Shown here: in pieces, positions 1 through 10,569 of the stretch
Position numbering within the stretch: the first letter of the stretch is position 1
Layout: every line of letters starts with the position of its first letter
Sequence record: KX009778
Source: Escherichia phage UFV-AREG1
Length of the DNA stretch: 64,000 nt
Direction: 5' to 3' (one strand)
Program-made: the position numbers and the translations under genes
The notes under the pieces: generated by a model
What the model was told of the DNA's origin: nothing
What the model saw: the letters and a program-made list of their open reading frames with translations, nothing else
The model's database searches: none

Positions 1-11
1 AATTTTCCTTA

Positions 12-2189
12 TTAGGCCGCAAGGGCCTTCATAGTTTTAGCGATTTGGGAAACTTCATCATCACTTAAAGAGTTGCGATAACCGATGAAGTCGGAAACAA
101 TACGGAATTTCTTGGTAAACTCAGCAACCATTTTATCACTGTTTTTTGAAGCATTATTTGATAATACATCAAAAAGATTAGTTACTGTCCAGATGTCATG
201 ACCAATGGTATCTTTTCCACCATTAAAATATACACCGCGCAATGAACTAACTATATTAGCGAGTCGTGTATATTCTTCAGAAACTTCATCTGTGCTGAAG
301 TACTTCATCATAAAATCTAGTTCAGGATACTTGATAATTTTATCAATATATCGTTGAGCTGAACTTGAATAACCTACGTACTTATCATAATCTACATCAT
401 CAAAAGCATCTACATATAAATCGCGCAAAGCTTCAAAAATACATTGGCACTGACCGAGTTCTTTTACCTTTTTCTGCAAAAGCGGACGAATAACATAAAA
501 CTCATTAATGCCAATAATATTAGCCATACGAATCAAAATATTCATAGATGGATGACAAAGAGATGTAGTACCATCCATAGAGAAAATATCAGAACGATGC
601 ATATACGCTACATAACCAGTAATTTCATCTGCTTCTGATGTGAGCGTAAATAATTCCTCTTTTTCCCAGCGCCCGTCTTTAATTTCAAACTTAAATGCTG
701 TAGCAGCTTTAGGACGAGGAGCTTTACTTTTAACTACCTTTGGAATATAGCTTTTAACTAAAGCTTCAATTTCTGACAAATAATGAATGTTAACTTCATC
801 ACTTTCAAACATTGCCATAATATCAGGTAGTAAATCAATCTGCGATTCTACTTCTGGATTAATAAACAGAAGACGATCATTATGATGAATATTCAGAGTG
901 TTATTAAATTCACTATCATCTAATGCACGTGCTAATCCACGGACAATATTAACACGATTTTTAATATTATCAATAACGATATTAATTTTTGTTGTATTAA
1001 TGCCAAACAGACGATAACTTGATGCAACGGCTGAAGTTTCATGACTTTGCTTAATGCGTTTCAGTCGAGGGTCAAGATTTACTTCATACACAACCCCTGC
1101 ATTGCATAACTTACTGTCAGGTTCAAACATGCTCTGCATCTTTTTATATGACAGATTTTTAGTCGTAAATTTGACTGAATTGCTAATCATATAATCTCGA
1201 GCAGAATATCCCATCTTCATCAATTCACGGTATGTATGACGAGGAGATGTAGATTCTTTAAATCGTTTTACATCTTCATTAAATGCTTTCTCACTGAGTT
1301 CTTTAACTCGTTCAATAATATTTTTACGAGTACGATCATCTAATGAAAGAGCTTCGCGTGATGGAGCAATATCAAGTGAACCCATTGGAAACTTAATGTA
1401 ATTCACTTCATTGCGAATGCTTAGCCAGTTACGGTCTCTAATAACACCATCAATAGGATAAACAATACCACCGTAGATAGCATACAATCCACCACGATCT
1501 GGCCAATATCTTTCTGGATTTACGCCGTAATAGTCATCAAAATCCGGAAAATAATCAATTTCGCGGTCAAGACCATTAATGATAGCCAAATCTTTGAATG
1601 GTCGCATGATATAAGAAACTTCATAAGCAAAGTTTCTAAAGTCTTTTTCTTCAACTGGAACTACGATTTCAATACCAGTTTTATCATCTGGACCCATTTC
1701 TTTTACGAATGTAGGTTTAATCTGTGGACCATCACCATCCATGTAAGCTACATAACCACGAATTTCACCTTTATGATATGAAGTAATACTAAATGTATCA
1801 GTATAACTAAACGGAGATTTAGAACCTAAACCAAATCCACCAATGAAATCATTAGATTCAGCCTTAGATGAACTAAAGTATGAATTATACAACCCAGGAG
1901 AATTATCATCACCCTGAATATCAAAATCACTCATACCCGGACCAAAATCTCGGCAAACAAATCGTGGATCTAAACGTCCAGGAACTTGAATGATAAATTT
2001 TTCAGGATTTCCATTGAGAGCATGAGCATCAATCATGTTAGTAATTAATTCACGGACTACTGCACGAATCTTGTTTGTATACAAATCAGACGACAGAATT
2101 TTAAATACTTTAGGAGATGCTGTGATGCTAAATGCTTTTGATTTAGAACCATTACCAAGAATTGTTTCTTTTTCAGTGGTGATAATCAT
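12..2189 (-). CDS. rIIA: rIIA protein (membrane-associated, lysis inhibition / Rex exclusion)
   Basis: 725-aa ORF; N-terminus [16 protein letters not shown] and length match T4 rIIA as recalled; first gene of the T-even early cluster. Confidence 0.9.
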   Translation of the reverse strand: MIITTEKETILGNGSKSKAFSITASPKVFKILSSDLYTNKIRAVVRELITNMIDAHALNGNPEKFIIQVPGRLDPRFVCRDFGPGMSDFDIQGDDNSPGLYNSYFSSSKAESNDFIGGFGLGSKSPFSYTDTFSITSYHKGEIRGYVAYMDGDGPQIKPTFVKEMGPDDKTGIEIVVPVEEKDFRNFAYEVSYIMRPFKDLAIINGLDREIDYFPDFDDYYGVNPERYWPDRGGLYAIYGGIVYPIDGVIRDRNWLSIRNEVNYIKFPMGSLDIAPSREALSLDDRTRKNIIERVKELSEKAFNEDVKRFKESTSPRHTYRELMKMGYSARDYMISNSVKFTTKNLSYKKMQSMFEPDSKLCNAGVVYEVNLDPRLKRIKQSHETSAVASSYRLFGINTTKINIVIDNIKNRVNIVRGLARALDDSEFNNTLNIHHNDRLLFINPEVESQIDLLPDIMAMFESDEVNIHYLSEIEALVKSYIPKVVKSKAPRPKAATAFKFEIKDGRWEKEELFTLTSEADEITGYVAYMHRSDIFSMDGTTSLCHPSMNILIRMANIIGINEFYVIRPLLQKKVKELGQCQCIFEALRDLYVDAFDDVDYDKYVGYSSSAQRYIDKIIKYPELDFMMKYFSTDEVSEEYTRLANIVSSLRGVYFNGGKDTIGHDIWTVTNLFDVLSNNASKNSDKMVAEFTKKFRIVSDFIGYRNSLSDDEVSQIAKTMKALAA

Positions 2190-2199
2190 AATTTCCTCA

Positions 2200-2403
2200 T
2201 TAATTCATATTACGCTTAATAACTTCAGCAACTTCTAGTAATTCATCTTTAGTTGCAGTGTCGGATTGAATTTTATCTCTAATATCTTTAAAGCGGTTTT
2301 TAAACTCTTCGGCTTCTCCCATATCGAAAAAGCGTTGAATAATTCTATATTCTCGATGAACTGCTTTATCAAAAAGTTCTAAATTTACTTTATATGATTT
2401 CAT
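2200..2403 (-). CDS. small protein at rIIA.1 position
   Basis: 67-aa ORF immediately downstream of rIIA, own early promoter at 2429-2458; synteny with T4 rIIA.1. Confidence 0.55.
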   Translation of the reverse strand: MKSYKVNLELFDKAVHREYRIIQRFFDMGEAEEFKNRFKDIRDKIQSDTATKDELLEVAEVIKRNMN

Positions 2404-2428
2404 TCCAATATCCTCATTTGCCCAATTA

Positions 2429-2458
2429 ATTATACCACATCCTTGTGGTAAAGTAAAC
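2429..2458 (-). promoter_or_regulatory. early sigma70-type promoter for rIIA.1
   Basis: minus strand reads GTTTAC-18-TATAAT (plus: ATTATA...GTAAAC). Confidence 0.55.
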
Positions 2459-4278
2459 TACTGACTCATCCATTCTTTGCGAAGGTCAGCATTATCTCCC
2501 ATGAGCATTTCAAAAAGCTCTTTCCAGTTCTCAGGAAGTTTAACAACATCATATACTGGATTTTGAATCATCTCACGATATTCAGATTTTTCTAAAGAGC
2601 CAAGTCCCTTAATATAACGGATGCTATGTTTAGGCAGAGCATCTTTGGCGCTCTCATATTCAGCGACTGTATAAAACCATTCTTGTTTTTTACCGACCTG
2701 AGCGATGATTACAGGAGTTTTGACAAAGCGAATTCTTCCTTGTTCAAACAGTTCTGGCCAATTACTAAAAAATCCGAGCAGAGAAGGATAAATGCTTCCT
2801 AGACCATCATGGTCAGCATCAGTCATAATAGCAATATTATGATAATTCAAGTTTTCAGCTTTTTCACCAAGAACTAGACCAGTGATTGCGCAAATATCAA
2901 ATAGTTCTTTGTTTTTAAGCATATCAGCATATGACATACCCCAACTGTTGAGAACTTTACCACGCAATGGATAACCACCATGAAGTTCTTTATCACGAAC
3001 ATCAATAAGATATCCGATAGCCGAATCACCCTCAGTCAGGAAAAGAGTAGTGTCAGCATCTTTACCACAAAGATTCGCTTTAATATGTTTATGAACCTTA
3101 GCTTTAGAAGCCTTTTTAGCTGCTTTAGTTTCTGCTGCCTTTTCTGCCGCCAATTTACGAGCCAAGGCAGCTTCAATAATTGGCATTAAAATTGCTTCAT
3201 TATTTAAAATAGCACGTGAAATCTTTTTAGCATCAAGCTGAATATGACTACGGATTTCACCAAATGGAGAAGTCAGACGCTCTTTAGTTTGAGAGTCAAA
3301 TCGCATGTTTTTCATATCACGAACAAACATAACGATAGTCAAACATTCTTTAACACGTGCTTTAGTTACATCAATTTTGAATTTACGTTTGATTTGTGGA
3401 ATAAGGTCTTCACAAATATCATCCATAACGCAGTCAATGTGATGGCCACCATTCTTAGTGTGAATGTTATTCACATAAGTTAATTGACGAAATCCATCCG
3501 GTGAACGACCAACCGCAATAGAACAATTTTCTTGTTCTTGAACAATAGCATGTTCATCATACTGTCGTGCATATTTCTTAAAATTGCCCTGAACCTTTTT
3601 ACCATTAAAGGTAAATTGAATATCAGGATAAACAACAGCAAGTGTCTGGAGACGATCTAGTGTAATGTCAAGATAAACTTGAGATAGCTCATTAGTTTCA
3701 AATGACATAAAATCAGGAATGAAAGTAACACGAGTTCCTTTCCATTTTCCAGGAATAGTTTCCCAGGATTTATTTTCCATGCCATTTGAACAACGAACTA
3801 CAATATTATTTTGACCATCGCCAGTTTCACCGACAAACATCACAGAAAAAATGTTAGTTAAACTAGAACCAACACCATTCATACCACCGGTGACGCGTTC
3901 TTTATCATCACCAAAGTTACCACCTGCTTTTGGAATAGTCCAAGCAGCAACTGGGCCAGGAATTTCTTCACCGGTAGGTGTTTTAACCATCGCTTGTGGA
4001 ATACCGCGACCGTTATCTTCAACTGTTACCTGATTATTTTTAATGGTAACATTAATTTTATTTGCGAATTTAAACTTAGTACGAATACCTTCATCTACTG
4101 AGTTATCGATAATTTCATCAATAAGCTTAACAAGACCAGGTACATACTGAACACTTTCCCATTTACCAAACAGAAAGCGCTCATGCATTTCATTAGCTGA
4201 AGAGCCAATGTACATGCCGCTACGCTTTTTGATATGTTCAATATCGCTCAGAATTTTAATTTCATTCTTAATCATCAC
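2458..4278 (-). CDS. 39: DNA topoisomerase II large (ATPase) subunit, uninterrupted gp39 plus gp60-equivalent
   Basis: 606 aa; GyrB-like ATPase N-terminus MMIKNEIKILSDIEHIKKRSGMYIGS; C-terminal part continues in frame with sequence that T4 encodes in separate gene 60. Confidence 0.9.
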   Translation of the reverse strand: MMIKNEIKILSDIEHIKKRSGMYIGSSANEMHERFLFGKWESVQYVPGLVKLIDEIIDNSVDEGIRTKFKFANKINVTIKNNQVTVEDNGRGIPQAMVKTPTGEEIPGPVAAWTIPKAGGNFGDDKERVTGGMNGVGSSLTNIFSVMFVGETGDGQNNIVVRCSNGMENKSWETIPGKWKGTRVTFIPDFMSFETNELSQVYLDITLDRLQTLAVVYPDIQFTFNGKKVQGNFKKYARQYDEHAIVQEQENCSIAVGRSPDGFRQLTYVNNIHTKNGGHHIDCVMDDICEDLIPQIKRKFKIDVTKARVKECLTIVMFVRDMKNMRFDSQTKERLTSPFGEIRSHIQLDAKKISRAILNNEAILMPIIEAALARKLAAEKAAETKAAKKASKAKVHKHIKANLCGKDADTTLFLTEGDSAIGYLIDVRDKELHGGYPLRGKVLNSWGMSYADMLKNKELFDICAITGLVLGEKAENLNYHNIAIMTDADHDGLGSIYPSLLGFFSNWPELFEQGRIRFVKTPVIIAQVGKKQEWFYTVAEYESAKDALPKHSIRYIKGLGSLEKSEYREMIQNPVYDVVKLPENWKELFEMLMGDNADLRKEWMSQ

Positions 4279-4330
4279 TTATCCTCGTTTGGTTTCGGGA
4301 ATATTATACTCCAGTAATCATAAAGCTAAA

Positions 4331-4342
4331 GGCCCGAAGGCC
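4331..4342 (-). terminator. GC stem-loop with CGAA/UUCG tetraloop (terminator or RNA stability element)
   Basis: GGCC-CGAA-GGCC directly after lipoprotein gene stop. Confidence 0.45.
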
Positions 4343-4344
4343 TT

Positions 4345-4614
4345 TTATTTAAAACGGATAGTCGAATCCTTGAAGAATAAACCAGAACATACTGTTCCTT
4401 CTACTTTCTGCCCAGTAGGTCCAACAGCACGAAATCCAGTGTGTTGGAAATCATTTTCAGAGCAACCGAACCAGTTATATCCAGTGATTTCAATATTAGT
4501 AAAACCGCTTGAAGATAAAACTTTGGTTGCATTATCAGCATCAGTACATCCTACTAAAGATACTGCTAATACTAATGCTGCAATAGAACGATTAATATAT
4601 TTCATAATTTTCAC
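4345..4614 (-). CDS. putative lipoprotein
   Basis: 89 aa; signal peptide followed by lipobox LVGC (MKIMKYINRSIAALVLAVSLVGCTD). Confidence 0.55.
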   Translation of the reverse strand: MKIMKYINRSIAALVLAVSLVGCTDADNATKVLSSSGFTNIEITGYNWFGCSENDFQHTGFRAVGPTGQKVEGTVCSGLFFKDSTIRFK

Positions 4615-4982
4615 TTAAATTTAATGGCTTGAAGAAGACTAATAATTCTCAAGCGACTTCTTTCATCTTTAACTGTAAAAGAAAGAGGGTCACCAGATTT
4701 CATAGTAATAGTACATTCAAAATCAAAATCTTCGGGAACTTCTTCGAATAGGTCAAATTCTTCATCATAAATTAGAACATTACTCTGAAAACTGTGAAGA
4801 ATTTTTCCATCATTTCCAGATGCTGTACTAATCATTGTAACATTATTACCTTTCATATCTTCAACGATAAATTCGCTTGTAGATATTACATTACTAATAG
4901 AACCATTCCTATAAATAGCAGAAAATAGATATTTCTTTTCTTCACCTTCGCGAATACGATACTTCTTACCGATTTTAAACAT
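4611..4982 (-). CDS. hypothetical protein
   Basis: 123-aa ORF, start/stop overlap with neighbours (ATGA-type coupling). Confidence 0.5.
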   Translation of the reverse strand: MFKIGKKYRIREGEEKKYLFSAIYRNGSISNVISTSEFIVEDMKGNNVTMISTASGNDGKILHSFQSNVLIYDEEFDLFEEVPEDFDFECTITMKSGDPLSFTVKDERSRLRIISLLQAIKFK

Positions 4983-4984
4983 AA

Positions 4985-5161
4985 TTACCCTTTAAGTAAG
5001 TCGTAAAAACCGCCATTCACATGCTTAGGAGCAGAAGGCCGACGAGTAGACAGACGATGACATTTAGGACAAACATCATTTTCTCGTTCAGAAATCTTTT
5101 TAATTTTTTCATATTCATGCCCGCAATCTTCGGATTGGCATTTATAATCATACATTGGCAT
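4985..5161 (-). CDS. small zinc-ribbon protein (CxxC...CxxC)
   Basis: 58-aa ORF below the 60-aa cutoff of the track; my translation MPMYDYKCQSEDCGHEYEKIKKISERENDVCPKCHRLSTRRPSAPKHVNGGFYDLLKG; fills the gap between flanking genes exactly. Confidence 0.45.
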   Translation of the reverse strand: MPMYDYKCQSEDCGHEYEKIKKISERENDVCPKCHRLSTRRPSAPKHVNGGFYDLLKG

Positions 5162-5163
5162 AA

Positions 5164-5583
5164 TTATTCCTTAAAGTGTGCTTTCAACATCTGATACAAG
5201 GACCATGCCTGTTCATTATTTTCAATAGTAACTTTCATGACCGGGAATTCTGTGAAATCTTCTATTTGTTCTTGCTCTTCCTGCTTTTGCTCTTCGGACG
5301 CTTGATATGGATTTCCAACTTCGTCAAAGAACTCTGCTTCATTCGTGGAGAGCCAGATAAAGTTTTCATCAAGGATATCACCGCCTGTTGCGTATCCAAC
5401 CGTGCCAGTAGATGTCACAATTTTAGTAGGACGACTGAGATGGTCAACATCTAAAATTTTAAAAGGTTCCATACCTAAACGTCGTGCGTAGATTCCGTTA
5501 TCAGTATGGTCTTTAATAAAAGCTTCTTGAGCTTGTTTATTTTTAAATTGATACCATTTATTAACTTCAAATCTAATAGCCAT
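5164..5583 (-). CDS. hypothetical protein
   Basis: 139-aa ORF with acidic low-complexity stretch [10 protein letters not shown]. Confidence 0.55.
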   Translation of the reverse strand: MAIRFEVNKWYQFKNKQAQEAFIKDHTDNGIYARRLGMEPFKILDVDHLSRPTKIVTSTGTVGYATGGDILDENFIWLSTNEAEFFDEVGNPYQASEEQKQEEQEQIEDFTEFPVMKVTIENNEQAWSLYQMLKAHFKE

Positions 5584-5798
5584 TAATAAATTTCCTTCCA
5601 GTAAGTTGTACCGTCTTCAGTGATTTCACGGAATACACCATAAATCGGTTGTTTATCACCAACCTTTTCATACACATAAACCGAAGTCAAGTGAGTAAAC
5701 TTGATGGTGTGTTCCTTTTGAACTACTACCAAATCTGGATCGAATAATACATCTTCAAATTCGTCATTAGTACAATTCTGAACAATTTTACGTTTCAT
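5583..5798 (-). CDS. hypothetical protein
   Basis: 71-aa ORF, stop/start overlap with neighbour. Confidence 0.45.
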   Translation of the reverse strand: MKRKIVQNCTNDEFEDVLFDPDLVVVQKEHTIKFTHLTSVYVYEKVGDKQPIYGVFREITEDGTTYWKEIY

Positions 5799-5811
5799 TA
5801 CAATTTCCTCA

Positions 5812-6081
5812 TTAATTAAACAGTGGAGCGATGCGTTTCAGAAGAGTAGCAGCACCTTTGGCGAATTTTACATCATGAAAAACAGTTTCTTCTTCCGTTA
5901 CAACACGAGCTTTAATGTTTTCACAATCCCAATTTTTGCGAACAATCTTCAAAAGCTGCAGTAAATCTTTACATTCAGCAATATCGATAACACATCCACG
6001 AGAATCTTCCATTATCGCACGATAACCGTAAGCCATACCATAATCGTTGAAAGATTGCTCGATGATAATTAAGTTTTCCAT
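5812..6081 (-). CDS. hypothetical protein
   Basis: ORF 5812-6093; start moved to second ATG (MENLIII) because the first ATG lies inside the shared GGAGAATAAAATG leader. Confidence 0.45.
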   Translation of the reverse strand: MENLIIIEQSFNDYGMAYGYRAIMEDSRGCVIDIAECKDLLQLLKIVRKNWDCENIKARVVTEEETVFHDVKFAKGAATLLKRIAPLFN

Positions 6082-6178
6082 TTTATTCTCCAAGTTGTTT
6101 TCTGTATCAGTAGTTGATATTGATATAGTACCATAATCAACTACTGATGTATATAGTTTTATGAAAAAATTTTAAACT

Positions 6179-6667
6179 TTATGCATAGAGAGCATTGCTA
6201 TAGTGTTTAATCCAACTTTCAGGAATGACTTTGTATGTTCCTAAAAATACCACATTGTATAACTTAACGCCATCTTCTACCCATTGATCGGTAATATATC
6301 CACACATAGCACGAGTATAAGCAGCCTTTCCATCATCTTTGATAAATTTAAATTCGCAAGGAGCAATGAACTTAATAGCTTGACCGAGTTTCCACTTAAA
6401 GTCTACGCCTACATGCGAAGTATCAATCGTTTCAATTCCTTTAGCAGGAACAGCTTTCAAAAACGCAGATTCAAGAAATTTCGCACGAACATAGCCAAAC
6501 TGAGGTTTAGACTTTCCATCTTTAGGAATGATACGCACTTTTACTTCAGAATCTTCATCTTTAACGCCATGTTTAAGCTGAATGCTTACAATTTCGACCA
6601 ATTTTCCTGCTGCTTTAGAGCGGGATTTATCAGATACACGAGCTAATTCACCAATATTAATAATCAT
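6179..6667 (-). CDS. MotB-position protein (possible DNA-binding early protein)
   Basis: 162 aa, same length as T4 MotB and same position upstream of dexA; early promoter at 6712-6741; paralogous to 6741-7151. Confidence 0.55.
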   Translation of the reverse strand: MIINIGELARVSDKSRSKAAGKLVEIVSIQLKHGVKDEDSEVKVRIIPKDGKSKPQFGYVRAKFLESAFLKAVPAKGIETIDTSHVGVDFKWKLGQAIKFIAPCEFKFIKDDGKAAYTRAMCGYITDQWVEDGVKLYNVVFLGTYKVIPESWIKHYSNALYA

Positions 6668-6711
6668 AGTTATTTCTCACTTGTTAAAAAGATTTTATAC
6701 TCCGCGGGACC

Positions 6712-6741
6712 ATTATATTCTGGTCCCAAGAGTTTGTAAAC
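6712..6741 (-). promoter_or_regulatory. early promoter for MotB-position gene
   Basis: minus strand GTTTAC-18-TATAAT. Confidence 0.55.
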
Positions 6742-7151
6742 TAGCTTACACGAACATTAATCACTGCGCTGCGGGGAACTACGGAGTACTCTCCAGCATG
6801 AACTACATTAAGAAGTTCAACGCCATCTTCAATCCACTGGTCAGTTACCCAACCGCCAATCGGATTCGCGAATGGACGACGAATATAAACTGCCTTACAC
6901 AACAAATCAGTCGGGTCTTCAGGTTTTTCAATTTCTGTCAATAGACTAAAATCTTTTTCATAAATAATAAGCGGTGATACCATTCCATAATAGTTTCTAA
7001 TTTCAATATACATCATACCGATAAGAATTCCGCTATTAACACTAATAACAGTAAAAGGATATCCGCCAGTTAAACCAAGAAGTTCACAAAACTTATTATG
7101 AGCTGTATTAGACAGTACCGAAAAATTCTTAATTTCATCAAATTTTTTCAA
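6741..7151 (-). CDS. paralog of the MotB-position protein
   Basis: 136 aa; shares motif DQWIEDGVELLNVVHAGEYSVVP with DQWVEDGVKLYNVVFLGTYKVIP in 6179-6667. Confidence 0.5.
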   Translation of the reverse strand: MKKFDEIKNFSVLSNTAHNKFCELLGLTGGYPFTVISVNSGILIGMMYIEIRNYYGMVSPLIIYEKDFSLLTEIEKPEDPTDLLCKAVYIRRPFANPIGGWVTDQWIEDGVELLNVVHAGEYSVVPRSAVINVRVS

Positions 7152-7188
7152 TTAATAAACAGCATTATTTTTAATCATAATTTTCTCT

Positions 7189-7692
7189 TTAATCTAAGGT
7201 AATAAAGCCTTTTAATTCGGCATGGGATTTGCGGAACATTACTTGGTGCCCACCAATGATAACTTCATCTTCAGGAACTTCGTATACAGCAAGATAAAAT
7301 CCTTTAGAAGCTAATTCTTCACGCTCTTCTCGTGTGAACCATCTCATCATATCATATTCACTAGCGAAAGCAAAATGATAAAGAGCTATAAACCATCCTG
7401 GAATATAGTGATCTACGCCTACATATTCCTCTTTCTCAAATTTAGTATTAATTGCTATATTAGCATTTTTAACTAATAATTTGTCTTCGCGCGGAAGAGG
7501 AATTCTTTTGTTATCATTACTATGATGTGTAAAATTAGGTCTATCATAACCTACGTGTAATAACCACTCTTCGCTCCATGAATCTATTATACTCCTGTAT
7601 GGCGTTATTTGAACACAAAGATTTCGACGTATTGTTATAGCATCTTCACAATTAAGAATACTAAACGATGATTCAACACGGTAAATTTTCAT
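7189..7692 (-). CDS. hypothetical protein
   Basis: ORF 7189-7731; start moved to MKIYRVESS, preceded by GAGGA RBS and early promoter 7720-7749. Confidence 0.55.
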   Translation of the reverse strand: MKIYRVESSFSILNCEDAITIRRNLCVQITPYRSIIDSWSEEWLLHVGYDRPNFTHHSNDNKRIPLPREDKLLVKNANIAINTKFEKEEYVGVDHYIPGWFIALYHFAFASEYDMMRWFTREEREELASKGFYLAVYEVPEDEVIIGGHQVMFRKSHAELKGFITLD

Positions 7693-7719
7693 TTTATTAT
7701 CCTCAGTAGCTATGGTGTT

Positions 7720-7749
7720 ATAATACCACAACTAACCGAGGAAGTAAAC
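7720..7749 (-). promoter_or_regulatory. early promoter
   Basis: minus strand GTTTAC-18-TATTAT, 20 nt upstream of RBS/ATG of 7189-7692. Confidence 0.55.
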
Positions 7750-7755
7750 AACTTT

Positions 7756-8439
7756 TTATCGTTTTGTTGGAAGAGATAGAGGATCGCACTCTTCCTCTGA
7801 CGGAGCATCTTCAAGACCCATAGCATATCGCAAAGCATACTTCATCATCAGGATGTCTTTCGCACAATCATGAATAGAATCATGCGCAACGAATCCATCT
7901 AAAGTTCCCTTTGGAAGAGGACATGTAGTCATATCACGAACAAGCAGAAGTGCTTCAATTCTGGTACGAATATCACGCTGATTCCAGAATTTACAAGGTT
8001 CTAACTTAAACGTATCAAGCTCATTCTCAGAAACGCCATTAAGACGTTGAATATCGCGAATGAGATCGACTAAAATTGGAAAATCAAACGACATTCCACG
8101 GCACCAACCTTGAGATTTCCAAGGATCGATATTATGCGCATTGATGTAATCATTAAATTTTGCAATACCATCGATAGTGCTTACATCTTCATCTGATGGT
8201 GCAATATTTTTTCGAGCTTCAGGAGATTGATTTTTCCACCATTCGATAGTGCTTTTAGTAAAAAGACGATGTCCCTTTTGGCTTTTTAAATCAAACTTGA
8301 TTTTAATGCCGCGTGAAACTAATTCATCAAAGGATTCAACTACTTCTGGATTAGGGTCAAAGGCAATAACAGCCAAATCAATAACAGCTGCCTTTTCACC
8401 GCTTCCCATTGTTTCAAAATCTATAATAAAATCAAACAT
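7756..8439 (-). CDS. dexA: exonuclease A (DnaQ-like 3'-5' exonuclease)
   Basis: 227 aa as T4 DexA; Exo I motif IIDFETMGS at N-terminus; synteny upstream of dda. Confidence 0.85.
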   Translation of the reverse strand: MFDFIIDFETMGSGEKAAVIDLAVIAFDPNPEVVESFDELVSRGIKIKFDLKSQKGHRLFTKSTIEWWKNQSPEARKNIAPSDEDVSTIDGIAKFNDYINAHNIDPWKSQGWCRGMSFDFPILVDLIRDIQRLNGVSENELDTFKLEPCKFWNQRDIRTRIEALLLVRDMTTCPLPKGTLDGFVAHDSIHDCAKDILMMKYALRYAMGLEDAPSEEECDPLSLPTKR

Positions 8440-8714
8440 TAAATTTTCCTCGCTAAATCGCGAATTTGACCTACAGTATAATCTTGGATATAAACTTTAT
8501 TAATGGGCTCATCAATAAATTTTGCCATAGATTCAATATCTTTTTGTATCTCTTCAAGACTGTATACTATCTTTAAAGCTTTTTCGCGAATAGTAACATT
8601 ATCAGGTCCTGAATTTTCTTGAATGACAGCTTTAACATTTGTCATAAGAGATTTAAACTGATGCAAACTTAATTCAATCATTAATAACCGCCTTATAAAG
8701 ATGGCTAATTTCAC
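8439..8714 (-). CDS. hypothetical protein (dexA.1 position)
   Basis: 91-aa ORF, synteny. Confidence 0.5.
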   Translation of the reverse strand: MKLAIFIRRLLMIELSLHQFKSLMTNVKAVIQENSGPDNVTIREKALKIVYSLEEIQKDIESMAKFIDEPINKVYIQDYTVGQIRDLARKI

Positions 8715-8934
8715 CTAAAACATAATCACTGATTGTAACAGTTTTCACTTCACCGCAAAAGAATTCTAATGCAATCAAATCTCGTTCAATTTCTTCCAAT
8801 TGAAGCATTAACTTTCCCGATTCAATTTTCACGTTTTTGCGATTTTTACTATAAGCTATTTCATAAATTTCGCTCACTTTATCTTGAAGTAGATAAAACT
8901 GGTCTTTAGTTATTTCCACGAATAGCTTCCTCAA
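8674..8934 (-). CDS. hypothetical protein (dexA.2 position)
   Basis: 86-aa ORF, synteny. Confidence 0.5.
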   Translation of the reverse strand: MRKLFVEITKDQFYLLQDKVSEIYEIAYSKNRKNVKIESGKLMLQLEEIERDLIALEFFCGEVKTVTISDYVLGEISHLYKAVIND

Positions 8935-8940
8935 ATTTAA

Positions 8941-10260
8941 TCATACGTAAAACACATCATAACGACCACGTGTTACACCAACATAAAGAAGCTGCTGAGC
9001 TAGTTCAGCATCTGCATAATGAATACAAGGCGTATAAATGAAAGCACGGTCTACAGACATACCCTGAGCTTTATGGAATGTTGATGCAGGAAGTGCTTTC
9101 ACTTTACTAAACTGTGATTTAGCATCCCAAAAATCACTCCACGGAGCTTTTCCACCTTTATTCCAATTTTTGTAAGTTTCTGCCGTTTTACCTAAAAACA
9201 GGTTAAACTTATATAGCTCTTCATCAGATGAAATTATTTTAATCTTTTCACGATAATATTCATCATCGCCGTAAGTTTCTACTGTTAAATCCCAATGACG
9301 AATTAGATATTCTCCAGGAACACCACGAGCTTTAACAAACGTTGATGTATACTCTGCTTCTATAATACGAACTAATTGTCCATTATTAAAAATAATTTCT
9401 GATACAGGCTTTCCATCAATTTTATATGTTTTAATTAATGGTTCCTGCATTACAATAATTTCACCGACAATAAAATCTTTATCAGTTTCAAAAATCTTTT
9501 TACGAATAATGCTATTTAACTTGTCAACGGATTTATTCGTAAATGCCATTACGCGATTTTCAAACAAATCATCTAGTGATTTGACGATTGAAAAATAATT
9601 TACCATAAAATCGCGTAAAGCGGTATCACCAGTAAATCCACGTACTCCATGCCCGTCAACAACTTTATCATAAATCCACTTACCGTTGCGAACATCAGTA
9701 GCTACATCAATAATAGGAGCATTACTGCGTTTAACTTCAGTAAGTTCACACTGATAAAAATCTTTGTGTGTAAAGAATGGACTGATATAAGCAGTATTTT
9801 CTCCTGGATCAACAGGTCTAATTTGCTTATTATCACCTATTCCAATTATAGTACACCAAGGTGGAATAGTTGAAAGCAGAATTTTAAATAGCTTTCTATC
9901 ATACATTGACACTTCGTCGCAGATTAATACCCTGCATTTAGCTAAATCTGGTACTTCCTTCTGTTCAAAAAGAACGTTTTCTTCATACGTAACTGGGTTA
10001 ATTTTAAGAATACTGTGAATAGTACTCGCTTCTTTCCCCGACAGTTTTGAAAGAATCTTTTTAGCTGCATGTGTAGGAGCTGCCAAAATGATACCAGTTT
10101 CGCCTGTTGATATTAAAGCTTCAATGATGAACTTAGTAAGAGTAGTCTTACCAGTACCAGCAGGTCCATTAATAGTTACATGATGTTTCTTTTCTTTAAT
10201 AGCCCTCATAACGATGTTAAAGGCATTTTTCTGGCCTTCTGTCAAATCATCAAATGTCAT
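8941..10260 (-). CDS. dda: Dda DNA helicase (SF1B)
   Basis: 439 aa; MTFDDLTEGQKNAFNIV N-terminus, Walker A GPAGTGKTT; matches T4 Dda as recalled. Confidence 0.9.
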   Translation of the reverse strand: MTFDDLTEGQKNAFNIVMRAIKEKKHHVTINGPAGTGKTTLTKFIIEALISTGETGIILAAPTHAAKKILSKLSGKEASTIHSILKINPVTYEENVLFEQKEVPDLAKCRVLICDEVSMYDRKLFKILLSTIPPWCTIIGIGDNKQIRPVDPGENTAYISPFFTHKDFYQCELTEVKRSNAPIIDVATDVRNGKWIYDKVVDGHGVRGFTGDTALRDFMVNYFSIVKSLDDLFENRVMAFTNKSVDKLNSIIRKKIFETDKDFIVGEIIVMQEPLIKTYKIDGKPVSEIIFNNGQLVRIIEAEYTSTFVKARGVPGEYLIRHWDLTVETYGDDEYYREKIKIISSDEELYKFNLFLGKTAETYKNWNKGGKAPWSDFWDAKSQFSKVKALPASTFHKAQGMSVDRAFIYTPCIHYADAELAQQLLYVGVTRGRYDVFYV

Positions 10261-10568
10261 CGGAAAGTCCCTGCAATTGGAATACTAACAATACGCCCAG
10301 TATCTAGAATTCGTTGATATAATCTTTGTGTATCTACATCAGGCTTAACATGTTTAACTTCTATTTTATTAAACCAAAACTTGCGTGGAGTCTCAACTAG
10401 TCTTGGAATTCCCATACCTAAAGCTAGTTTATATTGGTCTTTGAGAGTAGTAAAAACTCTATCAGCAATCTCTCTTTCAAAAAACACAGCAGGACGATGT
10501 TCATCAAGCGGAACTGGCGCCGTAAATCCGTCTTTGTCTCGGTAAACTATCGCATATACATAAACCAT
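10257..10568 (-). CDS. hypothetical protein (dda.1 position)
   Basis: 103-aa ORF overlapping dda start by 4 nt. Confidence 0.55.
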   Translation of the reverse strand: MVYVYAIVYRDKDGFTAPVPLDEHRPAVFFEREIADRVFTTLKDQYKLALGMGIPRLVETPRKFWFNKIEVKHVKPDVDTQRLYQRILDTGRIVSIPIAGTFR

Positions 10569-10569
10569 A

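Noticed and set aside
15-27. Hairpin GGCC-GCAAG-GGCC right after rIIA stop
   Set aside because: No U-run follows and rIIB is expected immediately downstream in T-even phages; too close to the window edge to judge.
4208-4618. 136-aa plus-strand ORF
   Set aside because: Antisense to the gene 39 start and the lipoprotein gene; no RBS; typical spurious ORF in AT-rich DNA.
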